Shown: positions 8,948 to 16,780 of the stretch, one piece after another
Layout: each line of letters begins with the position of its first letter
Position numbering within the stretch: the first letter of the stretch is position 1
DNA from: a virus
IMG/VR virus record: IMGVR_UViG_3300040856_002293
Coordinates: 6,805-70,804 of that record
DNA length: 64,000 bases
Direction: 5' to 3' (one strand)
The notes under the pieces: model-generated
Seen by the model: the letters and a program-made list of their open reading frames with translations, nothing else
What the model was told of the DNA's origin: nothing
The model's database searches: none
Translations under genes and position numbers: made by a program

Positions 8948-9137
8948 TAGTAAAACTTTGAACGAACACATTCAGATGACTATGGAACAGTACGGTTTAG
9001 ATAAATTGACTGCTATTAATTTATTAATAGATAGATTCAATTTTGTATTAGACTTTTGTGCTGATTCTTACGATGACCCTAATTTAAAAAAGGAATTGGA
9101 AGATTCATTAAAAAAGTTAGAAGAACCCGGTAAATAG
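8940..9137 (+). CDS. early hypothetical protein
   Basis: ORF overlapping the end of the previous gene. Confidence 0.7.
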   Translation: MDDSKTLNEHIQMTMEQYGLDKLTAINLLIDRFNFVLDFCADSYDDPNLKKELEDSLKKLEEPGK

Positions 9138-9210
9138 TTAATTACTAAATTTGGAAATGTCAGAGATATTATATTATCTTTGACTCATTGTTAATAAAAA
9201 ACTTAAAGTT

Positions 9211-9462
9211 ATGGAAACTGAAAACGTAATCACATTAAAGCATCGTCTTGGGTTTATCCAATATACCCACGATGAGTTGTCAAAGGAATTGGATGACCTT
9301 GCATTTTTAAGAGATTCTTTTTTAGTTCTCTTAAATGAGGATTTAGCAAGAAGATCTGATCTACCTTTTGATAAAGAGACAGTCCTAAAATATACAAGAG
9401 AAATGTATAGAGAAGGCAATTGGAATCAAGAGTTAATAGATAAATTCTTTGACTTAAAATAG
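9211..9462 (+). CDS. early hypothetical protein
   Basis: ORF after promoter (TATCTTTG 9175-9182). Confidence 0.75.
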   Translation: METENVITLKHRLGFIQYTHDELSKELDDLAFLRDSFLVLLNEDLARRSDLPFDKETVLKYTREMYREGNWNQELIDKFFDLK

Positions 9463-9515
9463 AAAAATAGGGGTGGGTTTACCCATCCCTTATTTAAAAA
9501 CTAAAAAACAAAATA

Positions 9516-10370
9516 ATGATGAATGTATTATCCCTTTTTGATGGCATATCTGTAGGACAATATGCTTTAAACAAAACTAACCATACAATAGAAAATTATT
9601 ATGCATCTGAAATAGATTCATATGCACAATCAATAACCCGGTTTAACTTTCCCAATACAAAATTTTTGGGAGACGTAACCAAAGTATCTATGAAAGATAC
9701 ACCAATAGATTTATTAATAGGTGGCTCTCCTTGTCAAGGATTCAGTTTTGTTGGTAAACAATTAAACTTTGAGGATGATAGAAGTAAGTTATTCTTTGAG
9801 TTTGTTAGACTCTTGGAAGAGACCAACCCTAAATACTTTTTCCTTGAAAACGTAGTAATGAATAAAGATTCAATACAAGTCATATCTAATGCTTTAGGAG
9901 TTAATCCTATTAAACTCAATAGTGCTGATTTTTCAGCACAAAATAGACCAAGACTATATTGGACTAACATACCGTACAAAAACCCGGCAGAAGCCAATAC
10001 AGAGGTAATTAAAGATATATTGGATGAGGATGCAACGTTCTCAAATAAGTATCCTAATTTTATTGACCTACATTGGGGAGGAGAACCAAGAAAAAATAAA
10101 CTTAAATATTCTGATCAAAAAGCAAGGACATTAACTGCTACTATGTGGAAAGGACAGGTATGTACATTTGTCAGAAATAGACAAGAAGAGGTACATAAAT
10201 TTACACCAACAGAATGTGAAAGGTTACAAGGACTCCCAACCAACTATACTCAAAGAGGTATTGTAGATAATAAAGTAGTAGACATATCTAATACTCAACG
10301 ATATAAGACTTTAGGTAATAGTTGGAATGCTCCAACAGTAGAACAGTTCTTTAAGAACATAAAGATATAA
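9516..10370 (+). CDS. DNA (cytosine-5)-methyltransferase
   Basis: motif I SLFDGI, IV GGSPCQGFS, VI FFLENV, VIII QNRPR, IX TPTECERLQG, X LGNSW. Confidence 0.95.
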   Translation: MMNVLSLFDGISVGQYALNKTNHTIENYYASEIDSYAQSITRFNFPNTKFLGDVTKVSMKDTPIDLLIGGSPCQGFSFVGKQLNFEDDRSKLFFEFVRLLEETNPKYFFLENVVMNKDSIQVISNALGVNPIKLNSADFSAQNRPRLYWTNIPYKNPAEANTEVIKDILDEDATFSNKYPNFIDLHWGGEPRKNKLKYSDQKARTLTATMWKGQVCTFVRNRQEEVHKFTPTECERLQGLPTNYTQRGIVDNKVVDISNTQRYKTLGNSWNAPTVEQFFKNIKI

Positions 10371-10398
10371 TTTGCATTCTCATTGTTTTTGTTAATCA

Positions 10399-10430
10399 CC
10401 TCTCCCCAGATTTCTGGGGAGGGGTTTTTT
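10399..10430 (+). terminator. rho-independent terminator (loop inverted relative to 4263/5184)
   Basis: CCTCTCCCCAGATTTCTGGGGAGGGG plus T-tract. Confidence 0.8.
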
Positions 10431-10431
10431 A

Positions 10432-10478
10432 CTTATAAGGATATACATACAACATACCACTCATTTCGTGTTTGACCC
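10432..10478. repeat. 47-bp bipartite element, copy 6 (divergent spacer lacking CCCGG)
   Basis: CTTATAAGGAT-atacatacaacataccactc-ATTTCGTGTTTGACCC; spacer still 20 nt. Confidence 0.95.
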
Positions 10479-10656
10479 ACCACCACCGGAGGTGGGACCA
10501 GGGTCCCTGTGGTATGACTCCAACAGATCAGATCAGATCAGGTATTAGGGTGTATTTTCCGGGAATAAATTACTTTAAAAAAACATTAAAATATATTTGG
10601 AATTGTCAGAGATATTATATTATCTTTGACCCATTGTTAAACTTAAAAACAAAAAA

Positions 10657-11079
10657 ATGAGAAACAAATTTGAACAATCAGATAAAGCAATCGAATTTAT
10701 TAAAGGTGGTAATGCCACCTTTACAATCTGTTCAGCAAAGAACAGATATACCTATAAAGTTATTAAGACTCATTTCGATGAGTCAAAATACTTTGTTATG
10801 CTCTTAACCGGGAGTGATAACAATAATGATTTCTCTTATGTTGGGATGCTATTTCCTAACAGAGATAAAATCACTCTAACTAAGAAAAGTGTAATGACAG
10901 ATCAGTCATTGCCTGTAGTTGCATTCAACTACACATATAAAAGACTCCTAAATGGGTTTATACCTAAAGGAGTGTCTATATACCACGAGGGTCGTTGTGG
11001 CTCTTGTGGTAGAAAGTTAACAGTACCTGAATCTATTGAAAGTGGGTTCGGACCACATTGTTTATCGAAGTTAGGATAA
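10657..11079 (+). CDS. DUF6011-like zinc-finger protein
   Basis: C-terminal 'HEGRCGSCGRKLTVPESIESGFGPHC'; promoter TATCTTTG at 10621. Confidence 0.8.
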   Translation: MRNKFEQSDKAIEFIKGGNATFTICSAKNRYTYKVIKTHFDESKYFVMLLTGSDNNNDFSYVGMLFPNRDKITLTKKSVMTDQSLPVVAFNYTYKRLLNGFIPKGVSIYHEGRCGSCGRKLTVPESIESGFGPHCLSKLG

Positions 11080-11175
11080 AAAAATTGGGGAAAGTAAAAA
11101 AAACTTTCCCCGAAATTTGGAATTGTCAGAGATAATATATTATCTTTGTGTCATCATTCACTAAAAAACAAAAAA

Positions 11176-11757
11176 ATGAGAGAAAAAGAATTTAAGAAAA
11201 TTACAGTAGAAGAGCTCAAGGAGTTCTTAAAAACTGTAAAGCATTACAGAAGAGTTGAGTTGCTAACAACAACTCCACTAAAACCAAAAATGGTCGTTAA
11301 GGACCGGAAAACAAAAGAGCCTAATCCGTTATTAAACGGATATGTAAAAACTCTCTTAAATGTAGCCTCTTTAGGCACAACCAAAGAGGGTACAACGGCT
11401 TACAGAGTCCGTTCTGAAAACAACGGACACGGGGCAGAAGAAAGTGCTTTCAAAGGCACATATGTAACGTACATTTCCCCGGTTTTGGCGAAGCATAAAA
11501 CCAAAGAACAGTATTATTTTTCCTATGAGGTAAAACTCAATGACGATGATGGAAAAGTAGAAAATGTAAACGTAAAGGAGAAGACATATCTTCTCCCAGA
11601 TTTCACCAAATTTGCCGGGAAAATCGGTGACGTTTGGAACAAAGTCTCTAAAAATCCAAGAGGAGTTGATATGCGAAGAGTTAAATTAGAGAACATTAAT
11701 AGAATATCTATTGATAATCACAGATTTCAGATTATTGATTCTGTGAATGCTATCTAA
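11176..11757 (+). CDS. early hypothetical protein
   Basis: in-frame ATG 11176 after type-A promoter cassette. Confidence 0.8.
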   Translation: MREKEFKKITVEELKEFLKTVKHYRRVELLTTTPLKPKMVVKDRKTKEPNPLLNGYVKTLLNVASLGTTKEGTTAYRVRSENNGHGAEESAFKGTYVTYISPVLAKHKTKEQYYFSYEVKLNDDDGKVENVNVKEKTYLLPDFTKFAGKIGDVWNKVSKNPRGVDMRRVKLENINRISIDNHRFQIIDSVNAI

Positions 11758-11860
11758 AAAAATTGGGGAAAGTAAAAAAAACTTTCCCCTAAATTTGGAA
11801 TTGTCAGAGATATTATATTATCTTTGTGTCATCATTGATTAATTAACTAAAACAAAAAAA

Positions 11861-12106
11861 ATGAGTGTAATAGCGAAAGATTGGGTGTGGTTCGAACACC
11901 CAGAGACAAACGAGTATATCGAATTCGAGGTTGAATTTGAGTATGATTTCGGACAATATGCATCTTATGATTCGCCTTCAACGGCTGATCAAGTCTACAT
12001 TGTGAAAGTACATTGTGACAATATCCCAGAATGGATAACAGAGGAGATGATATATGAGAAAACAACAGATATTGCAGTTGACTATGTCAACTCAATGTAC
12101 GACTAA
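11861..12106 (+). CDS. early acidic hypothetical protein
   Basis: ORF after type-A promoter cassette. Confidence 0.8.
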   Translation: MSVIAKDWVWFEHPETNEYIEFEVEFEYDFGQYASYDSPSTADQVYIVKVHCDNIPEWITEEMIYEKTTDIAVDYVNSMYD

Positions 12107-12166
12107 AAAGCCGGGGAGAGGCTAATGCTTCTCCCCAAATTTAAAAACTTAAAAACTTAAAAAAAA

Positions 12167-12595
12167 ATGAAAAAAGTAAAAACTTATATTATCGACCAAG
12201 TGGTCAGAGGAAGAAACAATGATAGGGAAATAAATTTCAGATTCCCTATAATAGTAAAGTCAAATAACATTGGTGGAAACGGAGAACCAATGTATTACCA
12301 CCTAACCGGGTGGCAATGTGATCAAATAGATTATAAAGTACAACAAGTAGCCAATAAGATTAAAGAATTAATTGGCGAAGATATGTATGTTCAGTCTGAT
12401 CTCCTAATCGCTCAAGACCCAATCTGGGAGATTGAGCCAGACAGATTAGAACAAGTATTAGAGGAGTATGGTAAAGGAGGTAAGTTTAATGAATTCTACT
12501 GTCTTACCCTATGGGATGGAGGTAGTTCTGGAGGATGGGTGATCCCCAGAAATAAAATTATTGACATTATAAAAGAGTCAATAATAGAAATATAA
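12167..12595 (+). CDS. early hypothetical protein
   Basis: ORF after type-B hairpin and leader. Confidence 0.8.
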   Translation: MKKVKTYIIDQVVRGRNNDREINFRFPIIVKSNNIGGNGEPMYYHLTGWQCDQIDYKVQQVANKIKELIGEDMYVQSDLLIAQDPIWEIEPDRLEQVLEEYGKGGKFNEFYCLTLWDGGSSGGWVIPRNKIIDIIKESIIEI

Positions 12596-12622
12596 AAAAA
12601 GGGACTATATGTCCCTTTTTTT
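12595..12622. terminator. bidirectional-type terminator
   Basis: AAAAAAGGGAC-tatat-GTCCCTTTTTTT. Confidence 0.8.
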
Positions 12623-12626
12623 ATTC

Positions 12627-12673
12627 CTTATAAGGATACTATATACCCGGCAATATGGTTTCGTGTTTGACCC
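12627..12673. repeat. 47-bp bipartite element, copy 7
   Basis: CTTATAAGGAT-actatataCCCGGcaatatg-GTTTCGTGTTTGACCC plus the same hairpins as copy 5. Confidence 0.95.
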
Positions 12674-12859
12674 ACCACCTCCGGTGGGGACCTGGGTCCC
12701 ACCCACAGCAGATCAAACAGATCGTTTTATTATCCCAGAATAATAAACAATTTGTTTATAAAAAAAACTTTAAAAAAATATTAAAATATCTTTGGAAATT
12801 TGATACATAATATATTATCTTTGTGTCATCATTATTTGATTAACTAAAAACAATAAAAT

Positions 12860-13594
12860 ATGCAAGCTCAAAAAGTAGTTTTTCTTTCTGATGACAGAAA
12901 AGTCCTAAACGTTGTACGTTTAGGCGATACGACAAATTCAAAAATCGCTTCGCCTAAAGAGGTGATTTTGCAAACATATCATTTCGATATGTCACAAATC
13001 AAATTTGTTGCCAATGGTGGCAAAGGCACTAACTTAAAAACCGGGTTTCTTAGTCCTCAATTTACTTCTAATAATTGTATGTCTTGTCCAATGAGGTTTA
13101 AAGGTTGCTATACTTTTCATCCTGATCAAAGTAAAGGTAATTTGTCTATGATCCGTTCAATCGTCCGAGTTAACCCAAATTTAGAATTTAGTACATACAA
13201 TAGTGAGATTGAAAGTAAACTCATTGAGTTTATTAACCATAAGAAATTTACAAAGAAGTATATAAGGTTCGGCACATATGGTTGCCCTACAAATATGCCT
13301 ATTCAAGCGGTAGAACTTTTGGCTACAAAAGTAGGCAAGTGGACCGGGTATAGCCACGAGTGGCACAACCCGGCCAAATCTGAATATTTTAAATATTTTA
13401 TGGCTTCGAGCCATAGCGACAAAAGTATGTTTAATTCAAGTTTAGCAAATGCCTACGGTTTCCGTACTTTTGAAACCGATAGCACTAACGGTATCTATTG
13501 CCCTTCATATAGGGGAGTCACCTGTGCCAATTGTGGACTATGCTCCGGGACTGTCGGCAAAGGTAAAACCAACATAGTAATTAACAAGCACTAA
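12860..13594 (+). CDS. GP88-like Cys-cluster (radical-SAM-like) protein
   Basis: 'CMSCP....GCY', 'IRFGTYG', 'WTGYSH', 'FMAS', C-terminal 'CP...TCANCGLC'; promoter TATCTTTG at 12816. Confidence 0.65.
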   Translation: MQAQKVVFLSDDRKVLNVVRLGDTTNSKIASPKEVILQTYHFDMSQIKFVANGGKGTNLKTGFLSPQFTSNNCMSCPMRFKGCYTFHPDQSKGNLSMIRSIVRVNPNLEFSTYNSEIESKLIEFINHKKFTKKYIRFGTYGCPTNMPIQAVELLATKVGKWTGYSHEWHNPAKSEYFKYFMASSHSDKSMFNSSLANAYGFRTFETDSTNGIYCPSYRGVTCANCGLCSGTVGKGKTNIVINKH

Positions 13595-13808
13595 AATAGT
13601 ATTGGGGGTCGGATCAACCGATCCCCGATTATTATTTTGTTAGGGGGGGGGGGTTTCTTGGCGATAGGGCAAAGCCACCGGAGAAAATCACCCACACCTG
13701 TTTTCATATCGAGGTCAATTTTTTTACCCATAGAAGAGTGTCTGTTAACAGTATCAAAAAGTTTGGGAGAGGGGAGTACACTTATGAATTCATTTCCCAA
13801 ATCCAGAC

Positions 13809-13816
13809 TATTTATA
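13809..13816 (+). promoter_or_regulatory. putative late-promoter motif TATTTATA (also 14443, 19755, 21810, 26020, 27020, 36524, 38823, 49112, 60272; minus strand 32282)
   Basis: 8-mer recurring shortly upstream of starts of structural and leader-bearing genes. Confidence 0.7.
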
Positions 13817-13876
13817 GAAAACACAACGCACTAAAAAATTCCGGAGAAAAAATTTTTTTACCAAGAAAGTAGTATT

Positions 13877-14440
13877 ATGCCAGCCCCACGAAAGAACATT
13901 GACCCATTATTAACTAAAACAAGAGCTGCTAAACCTATCGTAGATGCTATTTTAAATCTAAATCAGATAGAGTTTTATTATTCAGGACCAACCAAGCCTT
14001 CCACTTTTGTAAAAGGACAGAGAAAGCCTGTTAAAAGGGGTAGAAGGGTAAAGGGTAAACCTGTTGCCATAGGGATATCAAAAAGGGATAGACTTTTAAT
14101 TAGAATACATGTTGAACCACCCTCAGTATCGTTAAGAGGTTTTGCAGACCATGGATGGAGAACCTTTATGTTAAGTCGTATGAGTAGTGTAAAGGTATTA
14201 AAGGACAAAAATTTCTCTTTATCTATACCAAGATATAATGGAGGAGGTCCTGATGAAGCCTTTAAAAGAACTTTACTATTTATAACACCAGAGTCGGTTA
14301 AGGAGAATTCTAAAACAGCATTTGAGATGAGAAGGGAAGAAATTCTTCGCAAGAAGCAAGAGAAAGAATTTAAGAAAATTGCAAAGCAAAGAAAAGAGAA
14401 GGCTCGAAAAGATTTGCGGGAGAAGAACAGAAAACTTTAG
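13877..14440 (+). CDS. WYL-domain-like protein
   Basis: 'IEFYY...GRR...PVAIG...LIR...GWRTFMLSRM' resembles a WYL (SH3-like) fold; basic C-terminal helix. Confidence 0.6.
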   Translation: MPAPRKNIDPLLTKTRAAKPIVDAILNLNQIEFYYSGPTKPSTFVKGQRKPVKRGRRVKGKPVAIGISKRDRLLIRIHVEPPSVSLRGFADHGWRTFMLSRMSSVKVLKDKNFSLSIPRYNGGGPDEAFKRTLLFITPESVKENSKTAFEMRREEILRKKQEKEFKKIAKQRKEKARKDLREKNRKL

Positions 14441-14463
14441 TATATTTATATAAAACATTTACA

Positions 14464-14727
14464 ATGAATATAGAAGAAAGTATCTTATCCAATTTAAAGA
14501 ATTTTTATTCGGATAATGATGATATCAATAGTGCTATATCGGATGAAGATTTTGAAAGTGATATGGCACAGTCTCAACTAAAGAGTATTGTCAAGAATGC
14601 GTATATGATTCATAAGATGATACAGGGTAGGAAGGATTTACCTTCCTGGGTTCAGTCTAAGTTGACAAAGGCTTCGGACTATATGACAGCAGTTAATGAT
14701 TATTTGGATGGTGAAAAAGGTTTATAA
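14464..14727 (+). CDS. conserved large-phage hypothetical protein
   Basis: 'MAQSQL...DLPSWVQSKLTKASDY' motif; TATTTATA upstream. Confidence 0.8.
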   Translation: MNIEESILSNLKNFYSDNDDINSAISDEDFESDMAQSQLKSIVKNAYMIHKMIQGRKDLPSWVQSKLTKASDYMTAVNDYLDGEKGL

Positions 14728-15089
14728 TGAAACTATCTAAATTGGCTAAAAAAATTTTGGGGGAGGCTATAGAAATAAGAAAGGATTGGTATGATGCAAC
14801 TCAATATTTAGAGCAGTATCTAATTGGAGATGACATTAAACAGAAAACTACTAACTTAGATAGTATCTCAGATGATGCTTATGCGGATATAGTATTGGAT
14901 AATGATGGATATACAGGTGAATTTGAAGGACCTTTAAAAAAATGGTTAGTTGTAAACATTATACGAAACAATAAGTATCCAGAATACATTGAAGATATAC
15001 CTTCCAAATTTAGAAGAGAAGTATTATCAGAATTAGAAGATATAATAGGTAGTGCATTTTTGGCTAAAGATGCAGAACAATTGCAGTAA
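14727..15089 (+). CDS. hypothetical protein with putative head-targeting leader
   Basis: MKLSKLAKKILGE N-terminus. Confidence 0.75.
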   Translation: MKLSKLAKKILGEAIEIRKDWYDATQYLEQYLIGDDIKQKTTNLDSISDDAYADIVLDNDGYTGEFEGPLKKWLVVNIIRNNKYPEYIEDIPSKFRREVLSELEDIIGSAFLAKDAEQLQ

Positions 15090-15093
15090 TATT

Positions 15094-15927
15094 ATGACAA
15101 AATCAGACAAAGAACTTTCAACACCAGAAAAGCGGGAGAAGAAACTAAAGGATTACTATAAAAAGTTGCCTTTATTTAAGGTTAAGGATATTTTATTAGG
15201 TATAAAAAGAAAGTCTCAAATATATAAGGATATGGGGCAAAAAGTACCTAAAAATCTAATAAGTATTCAAAGATCTCTATATTATATCATTAAAAAAAAG
15301 GAAGAAGAACAAATGAAAAAGGCTAAACAAACTGCTAATACTGTTAATGAATCAATAAAATTGGCAGGACTTGCAAGAGGATTCATTAAACAAGGAACTT
15401 TAGAATATAAAGATAATTATAACAATTTAAAATTAGTTGAACAACTATTAAATGAATTTGGAACAGGAACTCCATATTCTTATGATACGAGAATTCAAAT
15501 CTGTGGAAGAGAAGATGCATTATCTCAATATACCTTTTCAACAGATGGTAAGGAAACCAATGGTGTCATCTATAATTTTTTTGTTACTTTACGCAATGAG
15601 GAAACTAATTCAATTAATGTTTCTTTTAGTACAGAAGAAAAAGCTATGGATGCACTAAATGTTGGACTCAAGGAACTTATAAAAATAATGAGTACCGTAG
15701 CAATAATATGTAAAGATCATATAGTAAATTGTAAACAGAAAGGACATCTTATAAATACTATAGAATTTTTTCCAGTCCGAAAGGATAGTGAATGGGGAAA
15801 AGGATATTCACACGAACCTGCAAGAGAAAAAATATATAAAAGAGTCATATTACAGCATATACCAAATGCTGAATTCCGTAAGATGGCTGGAACAGTCTAC
15901 GCAACATTTGACCCTAATGAATTGTAA
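15094..15927 (+). CDS. hypothetical protein; C-terminal domain related to the 21971-23554 paralogs
   Basis: in-frame ATG 15094; 'LLNEFGTGTPYSY...SFST...IMST...DHI..C...R..IY.RV'. Confidence 0.75.
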   Translation: MTKSDKELSTPEKREKKLKDYYKKLPLFKVKDILLGIKRKSQIYKDMGQKVPKNLISIQRSLYYIIKKKEEEQMKKAKQTANTVNESIKLAGLARGFIKQGTLEYKDNYNNLKLVEQLLNEFGTGTPYSYDTRIQICGREDALSQYTFSTDGKETNGVIYNFFVTLRNEETNSINVSFSTEEKAMDALNVGLKELIKIMSTVAIICKDHIVNCKQKGHLINTIEFFPVRKDSEWGKGYSHEPAREKIYKRVILQHIPNAEFRKMAGTVYATFDPNEL

Positions 15928-15944
15928 TTGTTATATCTAAAAAA

Positions 15945-16769
15945 ATGAAAAAACAAAACACTTTTTACAAATTATATGATAGGTTAATCTTAGAGAGTAT
16001 AAGAATTCTATCAGAATCTCAGTTAGACCAATTAAAGGCAACTTTTGTTGGGGAAGGAGAATTAGACAAGCCTGTTAAGATAGGAGGTAAAAAAGAGAAA
16101 GGTAAAAAAATGTCGGAAGATGTTTGGAACGAAATCTCTAATTTAACTGTATCTCGTGCTAATAAGGATAATACCAAATTAAAAGATTTACCTCAATATT
16201 TTATATGGTTGTTAAAAATGGTGGCAGCAGAAAAACTCCCAAAGGAAGATATAGACCAGTTTGGAGATTCCAGTTTTGGAAAAGGTCTTATATCCAGGTT
16301 TGTTAGTAAAAAGATAGCAAAATATCTCAAAGAAAAAGATATAACAAAATACACTAATGTAGAAGATTTAAGGACTAATATAGCAGATGCAGAAGACAAA
16401 CTACCCTACGAGTATGAACAAGGAGAAAACTTAGTACCTAAAGAGGGTATAGATGAGTTAAAACAAGTAGGTGTAGAATTATTAGGTGTTGTGGCAGGGT
16501 ATCAATGCTTTAAAGTATCTCAAGGAAATGATAGTGAAGAGACTTTTAAAGTATACACTAAATATTTGGCAAAATGTGCAAGTGGAGATATCACTTTAGA
16601 TATTTGTACTATGAGAAACTATGATAGTTTTAAAAAGTACATAAAAGACGAAGACTATTATATATTCTTTAACACTAATGATAGAAAAGCACCTTACCAG
16701 TTTGGATATGGTAGTCAGCAGTTTCACGATGTAGGAAATAGAAATGTTATTGCTTCTGATTACGAATAA
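15945..16769 (+). CDS. hypothetical protein
   Basis: long ORF; C-terminal 'CT....F..Y....YYIF...PYQF......F.D..N' pattern. Confidence 0.8.
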   Translation: MKKQNTFYKLYDRLILESIRILSESQLDQLKATFVGEGELDKPVKIGGKKEKGKKMSEDVWNEISNLTVSRANKDNTKLKDLPQYFIWLLKMVAAEKLPKEDIDQFGDSSFGKGLISRFVSKKIAKYLKEKDITKYTNVEDLRTNIADAEDKLPYEYEQGENLVPKEGIDELKQVGVELLGVVAGYQCFKVSQGNDSEETFKVYTKYLAKCASGDITLDICTMRNYDSFKKYIKDEDYYIFFNTNDRKAPYQFGYGSQQFHDVGNRNVIASDYE

Positions 16770-16780
16770 AGTGTAGGATA

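Noticed and set aside
2786-12673. CRISPR or TIGR-type array reading of the 47-bp repeats
   Set aside because: Copies are 0.1-5 kb apart with whole genes between them, several spacers are identical, and no Cas or Nop-domain gene is recognisable in the window.
2786-12673. Hammerhead ribozyme in the repeat (reverse strand contains CGAAA)
   Set aside because: No CUGANGA core or three-stem junction could be found on either strand.
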